DNA of 51,899 nucleotides from Bacillota bacterium (GTDB lineage: Bacteria > Bacillota_I > Bacilli_A > RF39 > UBA660). The position numbers and the translations under genes were made by a program. The stretch lies in the NCBI GenBank assembly GCA_023391185.1, contig JAEWBI010000042.1:1-51899 (forward strand), in the 5' to 3' direction. Position 1 is the first letter of the stretch, and each line of letters opens with the position of its first letter. Positions 37,309 through 45,162 of the stretch are shown here, piece by piece. Below the pieces are notes generated by a model. It searched no databases, was not told the DNA's origin, and saw only the letters and a program-made list of their open reading frames with translations.

Positions 37309-38193
37309 ATGTTGTTTTTTAAGAAGAAAAATGAAGAAAGTATTATTAAAATTATCTATAAGAAAGATCGATTAAAAAGAGGTTTTTCTTTTGTAATAGG
37401 TGTATTGATTGTTGCATTAGCCTTTAATATATTTATGTTGCCAAATAACATTGTTTATGGTGTAAGTGGTCTAGCAGTAATATGTAAAAAACTATTTGGT
37501 TTGGATGTATCATTTGTAATTCTAGTTGGTTCTGTAGTATTACTTATTATGAGTTTCATCCTTATGGGAAAAGAAAAAACATCTAAAACTGTAATAGGTT
37601 CACTTATGTATCCTTTATTTGTTAAAGCTACAGAGTGGGTTATTCCATATGTTGATTTAGGTAATACAGAGCCACTGCTTCTTGCTTTATTTGGCGCAGC
37701 AATAAGTGGGTTTGGTATGGGACTTATATTTAAATCTGGATATACAACAGGTGGTACAGATATATTAAATCAAATAGTCTCAAAATACTTTAAAATGTCT
37801 ATTGGTAATTCAATGTTTTTCACTGATGGCATTATAATATTAGGAAGTTTATTTGTATTTGGTTTAGAGAAATTTTTATATTCAGTTGTATCAATAAGTG
37901 TTATAAGTTATATGGCAGATAAAGTTATTCTTGGAATTTCACAATCAAAAACTTTTTATATAATTACATGTCATGAAACTGCAGTTAAAAAATTCATCAT
38001 GGATAATTTAAGCCATGGAATAACTGTAATAGATGCACGTGGTGGTTATACTGGTAATTTTCAAAAGATGATTATGTGTACAATCCCTACTAAAGACTAT
38101 TTTATATTGGAAGAGGGTTTGCATAGTATTGATCCAAATGTTTTCTTTATGGTAACTGATGCATATGAAGTATCGGGTGGATCAATAAGATAA
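37309..38193 (+). CDS. YitT-family membrane protein (DUF2179 C-terminal domain)
   Basis: Five or six TM segments. GYTTGGTDIL and the C-terminal VIDARGGYTG...DPNVFFMVTDAYEVSG. Confidence 0.8.
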   Translation: MLFFKKKNEESIIKIIYKKDRLKRGFSFVIGVLIVALAFNIFMLPNNIVYGVSGLAVICKKLFGLDVSFVILVGSVVLLIMSFILMGKEKTSKTVIGSLMYPLFVKATEWVIPYVDLGNTEPLLLALFGAAISGFGMGLIFKSGYTTGGTDILNQIVSKYFKMSIGNSMFFTDGIIILGSLFVFGLEKFLYSVVSISVISYMADKVILGISQSKTFYIITCHETAVKKFIMDNLSHGITVIDARGGYTGNFQKMIMCTIPTKDYFILEEGLHSIDPNVFFMVTDAYEVSGGSIR

Positions 38194-38214
38194 GTAGGAA
38201 AAGAGGTTGAATAT

Positions 38215-38910
38215 ATGGATCTAATAAGAATGAAGAATGTTAAGAAAACATATAAAACAGGTACTACTGCTTTATATGATTTAACTCTTAATATTGAAAA
38301 AGGTGAGTTTGTTTTCGTAATAGGACATACTGGTTGTGGAAAATCAACACTAGTAAAAATGTTATATCGAGAAGAGAAACCAGATAGCGGAAGTATCAAT
38401 GTAGGTGGTATTGAAGTATCAAAACTTAGAAATGGAAAAGTTTATAAATTAAGAAGAAAAATAGGAGTAGTTTTTCAAGACTTTAAATTGCTCCCTAAAT
38501 TAACGGTATATGAGAATGTTGCTTTTGCTTTAGAAATATTTGGCGCAACTAAAGATGAAATATATGAAAAAGTAATAAAGGTTCTTGATTTAGTTGGTTT
38601 AAAAGGAAAGGCAAGAAATTATCCGGATGAATTATCTGGTGGTGAACAACAAAGAGTTGCAATAGCAAGGGCAATAGTTAATGGTCCAAAACTTCTAATA
38701 TGCGATGAGCCTACCGGTAATTTAGATGAAAACACTAGTATGGAAATTATGCGTGTACTTGAAGAAGTAAATCGCATGGGAACAACAATAATAATGGTTA
38801 CCCATTCAACAGAAATTGTTAATAAACTTAAGAAACGCGTTATATTACTTGATACAGGAAGATTATTAAAAGATTATCCAGAAGGGACTTATGTGCATGA
38901 AAGTATTTAG
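38215..38910 (+). CDS. ftsE: Cell-division ABC transporter ATP-binding protein FtsE
   Basis: Walker A GHTGCGKST, signature LSGGEQQRVAIARA, Walker B LLICDEPTGNLD. It is followed by ftsX. Confidence 0.9.
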   Translation: MDLIRMKNVKKTYKTGTTALYDLTLNIEKGEFVFVIGHTGCGKSTLVKMLYREEKPDSGSINVGGIEVSKLRNGKVYKLRRKIGVVFQDFKLLPKLTVYENVAFALEIFGATKDEIYEKVIKVLDLVGLKGKARNYPDELSGGEQQRVAIARAIVNGPKLLICDEPTGNLDENTSMEIMRVLEEVNRMGTTIIMVTHSTEIVNKLKKRVILLDTGRLLKDYPEGTYVHESI

Positions 38911-39796
38911 AATTTTTGGACGAAATATCAGAGACTCTATAAAAGGAGTAATAAGAAACTTTTCATTATCACTTGCCTCAATTTCCTGTATTACAATAAC
39001 TCTTATCGTTGTTGCTATCGCAATGCTATTAACATATAATGTAAATAATTTTGCAACTAATGTAGAAAAGGATGTAACTATTGTAGTTTTCATGAATGTT
39101 GACATAACTGCTGAGCAGACTGATGATGTTTTAGAGAAAATTAAACAAATTGATGGTATAGAAAGTTATACTTATCAGTCAAAAATGCAAATTGCAGAAG
39201 AAATGATGTCTGAATCTGATGTTTTTGAAAACATAATGTCTGATTGGACAGAAGAAACAAGTCCACTACAGCCAACTTATCAAGTAAAAGTCAAAAATAT
39301 TGATGACATTGGATCTATCGCTAAGAGAATTGAAAATATAGATTATGTTGAAACTGTAAAATACGGCGAAGGAATGATAGAACAACTAGTTTCTGTCTTT
39401 GAAGTAGTTAGACAAATAAGTATAGGAATAGTAATTGCTCTTATTATAGTAACTGCATTCTTAATAACTAATACAATAAAAATAACAATTTTCTCAAGAA
39501 AAAATGAAATAGACATAATGCGTTTAGTAGGTGCATCAAATATCAATATAAAAATTCCTTTTATATTGGAAGGTTTGGTACTTGGAATATTAGGATCAAT
39601 AATTCCTATTATACTTACAACTTATGGATATGATGCTCTATATAAAAACTTTGATGGCGAATTATTTTCATCATTTATTAAACTAGTTAATCCAACACCA
39701 TTTATTTATGAACTATCAGGATTGTTAGTTGCAATAGGAATAGCAGTAGGTATGTTTGGTAGTTGGAGAGCTGTTAGAAAGCATTTAAAGATATAA
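38891..39796 (+). CDS. ftsX: Cell-division permease-like protein FtsX
   Basis: TM1, a large extracellular domain, then three TM segments with IMRLVGAS. It overlaps the ftsE 3' end. Confidence 0.9.
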   Translation: MCMKVFRIFGRNIRDSIKGVIRNFSLSLASISCITITLIVVAIAMLLTYNVNNFATNVEKDVTIVVFMNVDITAEQTDDVLEKIKQIDGIESYTYQSKMQIAEEMMSESDVFENIMSDWTEETSPLQPTYQVKVKNIDDIGSIAKRIENIDYVETVKYGEGMIEQLVSVFEVVRQISIGIVIALIIVTAFLITNTIKITIFSRKNEIDIMRLVGASNINIKIPFILEGLVLGILGSIIPIILTTYGYDALYKNFDGELFSSFIKLVNPTPFIYELSGLLVAIGIAVGMFGSWRAVRKHLKI

Positions 39797-40758
39797 TGTC
39801 AAAAAGAGAAAAAATATTAATAATAATTGTCCTTTTAGTAGCAATAATACCAATTGTTATTAACGAAATTAAGATAAGACCTAAATTAAACTTAATTAAT
39901 GATGTTAAGAAAATATTAAAAAATATTGATACCTATAAATTTTCGGATGAAGATTTATCAGAAGAGTACATAATTGATAATGGTTATACTATAGATGGTA
40001 AAGATTATAAGGTTAATGGATATGGAGTTATATTTATTGATAAAAACAATTCTGTTTTCTTAAACCGAAATGGCATGTGTGCTATGAAATTACCTTATTC
40101 TGAAGAAGTTATGATTCAGTATGAAGAGTGCCCTGTATATCGTATGTTTAATGGAATTAAAACACCAATTTCTACCAAAGATTCAGGGTTATATCAAGAA
40201 AACAACTCTTATATCTATAAAGGAAATGATTTAAGTAATTATGTTATTTATAATAATGATTTATGGAATATATTAAGTTTTGAAGATGGAAATATGAAAA
40301 TTATTAAAAGCACTTATGATAAAATTCCTTTTGATAGTATTGAAGACTTATATTCAAAATTAAATGAGAAGTATTCAAAGTTATTAAGTGATGAAATGAT
40401 TTTAAATAGTTCATGGAATATAGAGAATATTGATACTAACAACAAGAATTTAGTTAGTATTGATAAAAAAATTACTTCAAAGATTGGAATACTAAGTATT
40501 GGTGATTATCTAAATAGTTTAATATGTAGATATGACAATAATAACAATACTATAAATATAAGCGAATCTTCTTATTTAAGTAAAGAAATGGTTATAAGTA
40601 CTAATAATGCATATATAAACAATAATGCAAATGTTTACCTAAATAGTAGTAATAAAATAGAAAAAGTATATCCGGTAATAATATTATCAAAAGATGCTAT
40701 CTTTAATTCCGGAAGTGGAACAAAAAAAGATCCATATAAACTAAGAGAAACAGATTAA
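39796..40758 (+). CDS. Membrane-anchored extracytoplasmic protein of unknown function, translationally coupled to ftsX
   Basis: Its ATG shares the final A of the ftsX TAA. An N-terminal TM segment. Asn-rich. It ends in GSGTKKDPYKL. Confidence 0.65.
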   Translation: MSKREKILIIIVLLVAIIPIVINEIKIRPKLNLINDVKKILKNIDTYKFSDEDLSEEYIIDNGYTIDGKDYKVNGYGVIFIDKNNSVFLNRNGMCAMKLPYSEEVMIQYEECPVYRMFNGIKTPISTKDSGLYQENNSYIYKGNDLSNYVIYNNDLWNILSFEDGNMKIIKSTYDKIPFDSIEDLYSKLNEKYSKLLSDEMILNSSWNIENIDTNNKNLVSIDKKITSKIGILSIGDYLNSLICRYDNNNNTINISESSYLSKEMVISTNNAYINNNANVYLNSSNKIEKVYPVIILSKDAIFNSGSGTKKDPYKLRETD

Positions 40759-40772
40759 TCTGTTTCTTTTTC
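40746..40772 (+). terminator. Rho-independent terminator of the ftsEX operon
   Basis: AGAAACAGA-TTAA-TCTGTTTCT followed by TTTT. The loop contains the stop codon. Confidence 0.75.
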
Positions 40773-40813
40773 ATATATATAAATATATTTCATATAATTA
40801 TATGGGTGATATT

Positions 40814-41602
40814 ATGTATAAAAAAGGAGATCTTGTTACAAGAAGTTCTTATAATAACGATACTGTTTTTACCATCATAGAGATAGATGAAGATGAAGAT
40901 ATTTATTATTTGAAGGGTGTTCATGTCAGGTTATATGCCGATGCAAACTATAGTGATTTAGAGAGATATAAAGAACAAGAAAAGAATGATGAAGAAAAGG
41001 AAATAATATCACGTATCAAAAAAGAATTAAATTTAGATCGTGATGATTACTTTTATCTCCCAGGTAAAATTCTTCATATTGATGGCGATAGGGACTATAT
41101 GGAAAAATGTTTAACATATTATAAAAAAGTCGGGTTGATGGCAATAGGCAAAGTTGAAAAAGAAGATACTGTTCCTGAAAAAATATGTCAATGGATTAAT
41201 GAATATAAACCAAGTATAGTTGTAATCACTGGCCATGATGCTTACTATAAAAGAAAAGGAAAGCAAACTAATTTAGAAGCCTATAGAAATAGTAATAACT
41301 TTATTGAATCAATCAAAGCTGCTCGAAGTATTGAAATGAGTCATGAAAAATTAATAATCATAGCTGGCGCATGCCAATCAAACTATGAAGAGTTAATAAA
41401 AGCAGGTGCAAACTTTGCATCAAGTCCTAAAAGAATAAATATACACGCTCTGGATCCTGCCATTATTGCTAGTTTAATGGCGCTAGCTGATTGTAATAAA
41501 GAAATAGATATAAAGAAAATTTTAGAAAACACTACAAGAGGATCAAATGGGATGGGTGGAATTAAAACAAAAGGTACTATGTATATAGGGTATCCTAGAT
41601 AG
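40814..41602 (+). CDS. yabG: Sporulation-specific protease YabG
   Basis: GDLVTRSSYNNDTVFTII, ITGHDAY, GACQS and GANFASSP..INIHALDP closely match the remembered YabG pattern. The ATG at 40814 follows a GGGTGA RBS. Confidence 0.9.
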   Translation: MYKKGDLVTRSSYNNDTVFTIIEIDEDEDIYYLKGVHVRLYADANYSDLERYKEQEKNDEEKEIISRIKKELNLDRDDYFYLPGKILHIDGDRDYMEKCLTYYKKVGLMAIGKVEKEDTVPEKICQWINEYKPSIVVITGHDAYYKRKGKQTNLEAYRNSNNFIESIKAARSIEMSHEKLIIIAGACQSNYEELIKAGANFASSPKRINIHALDPAIIASLMALADCNKEIDIKKILENTTRGSNGMGGIKTKGTMYIGYPR

Positions 41603-41609
41603 GAGATAG

Positions 41610-41828
41610 ATGAACATAGATATAATCAAAGAGGAGTTAGAGAACAATATAGGTAGAGAGGTATATATAAAATACAATTTAGGTAGGAATAAGATAGAAA
41701 AATATAATGCTGTTATAAAAGAATTATATAATTATATATTTATAGTAGAAATAAAAGATACAAGTGAATTAAAATCCTTTATGTATAGTGATATTATAAC
41801 AAATACAATTAAAATATACTATAAGTAA
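41610..41828 (+). CDS. veg: Veg protein (DUF1021)
   Basis: The size, the IKEELENNIGREV...GRNK...YSDI pattern, and the conserved position between yabG and spoVG. Confidence 0.75.
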   Translation: MNIDIIKEELENNIGREVYIKYNLGRNKIEKYNAVIKELYNYIFIVEIKDTSELKSFMYSDIITNTIKIYYK

Positions 41829-41922
41829 ATTAACTACGAGTGAATAAAATGAAAAAAAGATTGATTTTTGTAATTTAATGTTATACAATAAAGTTGTAGT
41901 ATAATCGAGAGGAGAGATAGAC

Positions 41923-42180
41923 TTGAAAATAACATCAGTAAATGTTCGCAAAGTCGAAAAGGAAGATTCAAGAATGAAGGGAATAGCATCTGTCCTACTA
42001 GATGATAGTTTTGCTATTCACGATATTCGCATAATTGAAGGAGACAATGGCTTATTTATAGCAATGCCAAGTCGCAAAACAGCAACGGGTGGTTATCGTG
42101 ATATAGTGCACCCAATAAATCCGGAAACTAGAAAAGAATTTGAAGATGCAATTTTAGAAGCTTATAAAAAAGAAGCATAA
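41923..42180 (+). CDS. spoVG: Septation/sporulation regulator SpoVG
   Basis: MKITSVNVRKV...IASVLLDDSFAIHDIRIIEGDNGLFIAMPSRKT...RDIVHPIN. TTG start after a GAGGAG RBS. Confidence 0.93.
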   Translation: MKITSVNVRKVEKEDSRMKGIASVLLDDSFAIHDIRIIEGDNGLFIAMPSRKTATGGYRDIVHPINPETRKEFEDAILEAYKKEA

Positions 42181-42203
42181 ACTCGTTAACGCGAGTTTTT
42201 TTC
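42179..42203 (+). terminator. Rho-independent terminator after spoVG
   Basis: AACTCG-TTAACG-CGAGTT followed by TTTTT. Confidence 0.7.
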
Positions 42204-42245
42204 ATATTATCGCATATTTGAGCATATAATTTATTAGGTGATAAT

Positions 42246-42533
42246 GTGGACAAGACTGATATAATATCAAATTATAATCATAATATAACAATAAATGAAA
42301 GAAAGAATATTGTTATATCAGGAGTAAAAAAGATTGATAGCTTCGATGATGAAGAATTCCTTTTAGAAACATCAATGGGATATTTAATAATAAAGGGAAC
42401 TTCTTTAGAAATAATTAAACTAGATACATATCAAGGAAATGTTTCAATAAAAGGTAAAGTCAATAGCCTAAGTTACTTAGAAAATAATAAAAAAGAAAAA
42501 GAAGAAAGTATGTTTAATAAATTATTTAAATGA
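42246..42533 (+). CDS. yabP: Sporulation protein YabP
   Basis: ISGVKKIDSFDDEEFLLETSMGYLIIKGTSLEI..LD...G.VSIKGK matches the YabP pattern. GTG start after an AGGTGA RBS. Confidence 0.88.
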   Translation: MDKTDIISNYNHNITINERKNIVISGVKKIDSFDDEEFLLETSMGYLIIKGTSLEIIKLDTYQGNVSIKGKVNSLSYLENNKKEKEESMFNKLFK

Positions 42534-42805
42534 TGCCTTTAATAACACAAATAAAATTAGCCATTTTTTCTTTTTTATTTGGTATTTTCTTTGGGTTAAT
42601 GCTTGATATAAACAGTAAGTATATAAATAGTAAACGTAAAGTATATAAGATTATATTCACTATATTCTTCATGCTTTTTCATGTATTACTATATTTTTGG
42701 GTTTTACAAAAGATAAACAGTGGCATTTTACATTATTATAGTTTTATTTGCATTTTAATAGGAATTCTTGTTCAGAACTTTATTGTTAAAGCACTAAAAA
42801 AATGA
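42530..42805 (+). CDS. yabQ: Spore cortex biosynthesis protein YabQ
   Basis: A small 3-TM protein whose start overlaps the yabP stop (ATGA). Conserved synteny yabP-yabQ-divIC. Confidence 0.75.
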   Translation: MMPLITQIKLAIFSFLFGIFFGLMLDINSKYINSKRKVYKIIFTIFFMLFHVLLYFWVLQKINSGILHYYSFICILIGILVQNFIVKALKK

Positions 42806-42835
42806 TATACTTAATTAATGATAGGAGGTAATAGT

Positions 42836-43258
42836 ATGAATAAAAAAAGAGTAAGTAAAACTGTCAAACGTAGATTGACATTACTAGGCCCAATTTTTAT
42901 TGGAGTCTTTGTTATTTGTACTATTACTATTTTTACTTACATATATAAAATTCAAACTTTAAGAGATGAAAAAAATAAACTTAATGAACAACTTGAAAAA
43001 TTAAAAACAGATGAAAAGGAGCTTAGTAATGAAATTAGTAAATTAAAAGATCCTGAGTATATCGCAAAATACGCAAGAGAGAATTACTATTATACCAAAG
43101 ATGGCGAATATGTAATAAAGATAGAGGAAAAAGAAGAAACAGAAACAGTCAGTGAAGTTGAAAATAATAGAGTATATTATATTTTAGCATTAGTAATATT
43201 CATATTAGTTGCTCTTGTAGTATTCATAAGATTAAAGTTAAAAAAAAGGAACAAGTAA
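42836..43258 (+). CDS. divIC: Septum formation initiator (DivIC/FtsB family)
   Basis: N-terminal TM followed by a coiled coil and the DPEYIAKYARE motif. The ATG at 42836 follows an AGGAGG RBS. Confidence 0.8.
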   Translation: MNKKRVSKTVKRRLTLLGPIFIGVFVICTITIFTYIYKIQTLRDEKNKLNEQLEKLKTDEKELSNEISKLKDPEYIAKYARENYYYTKDGEYVIKIEEKEETETVSEVENNRVYYILALVIFILVALVVFIRLKLKKRNK

Positions 43259-43270
43259 TTGTTCCTTTTA
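43241..43270. terminator. Bidirectional terminator between divIC and lemA
   Basis: GGAACAA-GTAA-TTGTTCC flanked by an A-run and a T-run. Confidence 0.7.
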
Positions 43271-43807
43271 TAATTTAATATCGGTTTTATTTTTGTTAAT
43301 TTCTTTACCATCAAAATAATTTCTTACTTTAAATTTGCAGATTAATCCAATAATATTTGAAGGGAAGGATTTAACTAATTTATTATAATCTGTAATAATG
43401 TCATTATAATATTTTCTTAAAGCTGCAATTTCTGCTTCTGTTTCATTTATGCTTAATTCAATTTTCATAAATCCTTCACATTTTTTTAAATCTCTATATT
43501 CTTCTTTATACTTATTAAATTCATTGATTGCATCATAAATTTTTCTATCTAAATCAAAATTAGTTAACTTTTGAGAACGCAAGTCAGATAAATCTTCTAA
43601 AACTTTTTTCTCATCAGTGTTTGATTTAATTACACCTATAGACTTATTAAGTAAATCATATCTTTTTCTTAAAATAGAATCTATGTTTGCCTCTGCTTCA
43701 TTAATTCTTATTATGTAGTTTTGAAATCTATTGAATGTGTTTATTTGCCAAATCATTATAATACATAAAATTACAATGATGAAAATAAATGTCATAATTA
43801 TGTCCAT
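43268..43807 (-). CDS. lemA: LemA-family membrane protein
   Basis: N-terminal TM. NEAEANIDSILRKRYDLL and the downstream helical repeats are typical of LemA. Confidence 0.7.
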   Translation of the reverse strand: MDIIMTFIFIIVILCIIMIWQINTFNRFQNYIIRINEAEANIDSILRKRYDLLNKSIGVIKSNTDEKKVLEDLSDLRSQKLTNFDLDRKIYDAINEFNKYKEEYRDLKKCEGFMKIELSINETEAEIAALRKYYNDIITDYNKLVKSFPSNIIGLICKFKVRNYFDGKEINKNKTDIKL

Positions 43808-43849
43808 ATTTTATCACCATTGTAATTATATCAAATATTATTTAGTTTT

Positions 43850-44218
43850 TCAATTAATAGGAGTAAATTCACTACTATAATTTATTTTTTCATCAAATTC
43901 TATGTAATCAACATATATCATTCTAATAAGAGTCCATTTTCCTGTAGTAGGATTACTAACTATAATATGATCTCTACCCGCTTCTTCGATAATTCCAGAA
44001 AAAGCTTTACTTTTTTGTTCTGGTGCTGCATCAGCATATGAAGTATAAACAACTACCTTTTTACCTTTATTTAATCTTAGTATGTTTTCAATATATGACT
44101 GTTCAAATGGAGCATCATATGTGTAAGCAGGAGGCATACTTTGTTGGTTTGGAGATATATTGTTACCACTGTATAATGGACTGCCTGGGAAAACAGCATT
44201 ATTAAAATTATTATTCAT
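43850..44218 (-). CDS. gerQ: Spore coat protein GerQ
   Basis: SYIENILRLNKGKKVVVY...GIIEEAGRDHIIVSNP..G...IRMIYVDYIEFDEKINY closely matches the GerQ pattern. It has a Gln/Asn/Pro-rich N-terminus. Confidence 0.88.
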   Translation of the reverse strand: MNNNFNNAVFPGSPLYSGNNISPNQQSMPPAYTYDAPFEQSYIENILRLNKGKKVVVYTSYADAAPEQKSKAFSGIIEEAGRDHIIVSNPTTGKWTLIRMIYVDYIEFDEKINYSSEFTPIN

Positions 44219-44310
44219 ATAATCATCCTTTCTGTAAATTATATTAAAAAAGGTTGTTTTTATGCCTACAAATATTATTGTTATGGTATAATTTTAAAGG
44301 AGGTAATAAT

Positions 44311-44886
44311 ATGCAAATAACAGTAGGTGTATCAAATAGACATGTTCATTTAACAGAAGAAAGTTATAAAAAATTATTTGGCGATACTCCTCTTGAGAGT
44401 ATAAAGGAACTAACCCAACCTGGCCAATTTTCTAGTAATCAAAAAGTTATATTAAAAACTGCTAAAAGTACTATTGATAATGTAAGAATACTTGGACCAC
44501 TTAGAAATTACAATCAAATTGAGATTTCTAAGACTGACGCTTTTAAATTAGGAGTTAATCCACCAGTTAGAAATTCTGGAGATTTAGCTGCAAGTGAAAA
44601 AATAACTTTAGTAGGTCCAATGGGAGAAGTTGATCTTGATGAAGGTTGTATAATAGCAACTCGTCATATTCACATTACTCCAGACCAAATGAATGAATTT
44701 GGTTTTACAGGTCTTACTAAAGTTAAGGTTAAACTTAATGGTGAAAAGGGTGGCATTATTGATAATGTTTACTTGAAAGTAGATAAGGAAAGTTTTTTTG
44801 AACTTCACATTGATACAGATGATGCAAATAGCCATTTAGTAAATCAAGGAGACAGTTGTACAATAATTTTAAATGACCAAAATTAG
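44311..44886 (+). CDS. pduL: Phosphate propanoyltransferase / PduL-type phosphotransacylase
   Basis: VGVSNRHVHL, QPGQF, ILGP.R...QIEISKTDA, and the second repeat ATRHIHITPD. The ATG at 44311 follows an AAAGGAGG RBS. Confidence 0.88.
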   Translation: MQITVGVSNRHVHLTEESYKKLFGDTPLESIKELTQPGQFSSNQKVILKTAKSTIDNVRILGPLRNYNQIEISKTDAFKLGVNPPVRNSGDLAASEKITLVGPMGEVDLDEGCIIATRHIHITPDQMNEFGFTGLTKVKVKLNGEKGGIIDNVYLKVDKESFFELHIDTDDANSHLVNQGDSCTIILNDQN

Positions 44887-45100
44887 TATTTGTGATAGAT
44901 GTAAAGGAATAAATTCTATAAGTCTAATAAAAAAAATAAAAGAATTGTTTCCTAATGCTGAATTTGAAATAGGATGTAACAACATGTGTGGTATTGGTAG
45001 ATCAAAGGTAGTAGTTATAATAAATAATAAACCTTTAATTTCTGATACTGAAGAAGAACTTTTAAACAAGATAAAAAAAGAGAGCAATATTTTGAAATGA
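44873..45100 (+). CDS. DUF1450-like small Cys protein (YuzB-like)
   Basis: The pattern CDRC...GCNNMCGIG...INNKPLISDTEEELLNKI resembles UPF0349/DUF1450. It overlaps the pduL 3' end by 14 nt. No clear RBS. Confidence 0.5.
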   Translation: MTKISICDRCKGINSISLIKKIKELFPNAEFEIGCNNMCGIGRSKVVVIINNKPLISDTEEELLNKIKKESNILK

Positions 45101-45162
45101 ACATTTTAAAGTTCAAATCAATATGTTTCTCTCTTTTTTATTTATTAATTCATATTTAAGTA

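Noticed and set aside
44869-45087. A 72-aa minus-strand ORF that directly competes with the + strand DUF1450-like ORF (44873-45100).
   Set aside because: The + strand reading has a conserved-looking four-Cys pattern and a C-terminal EEELLNKI motif, like the UPF0349 family. The minus reading is featureless. The choice remains uncertain.
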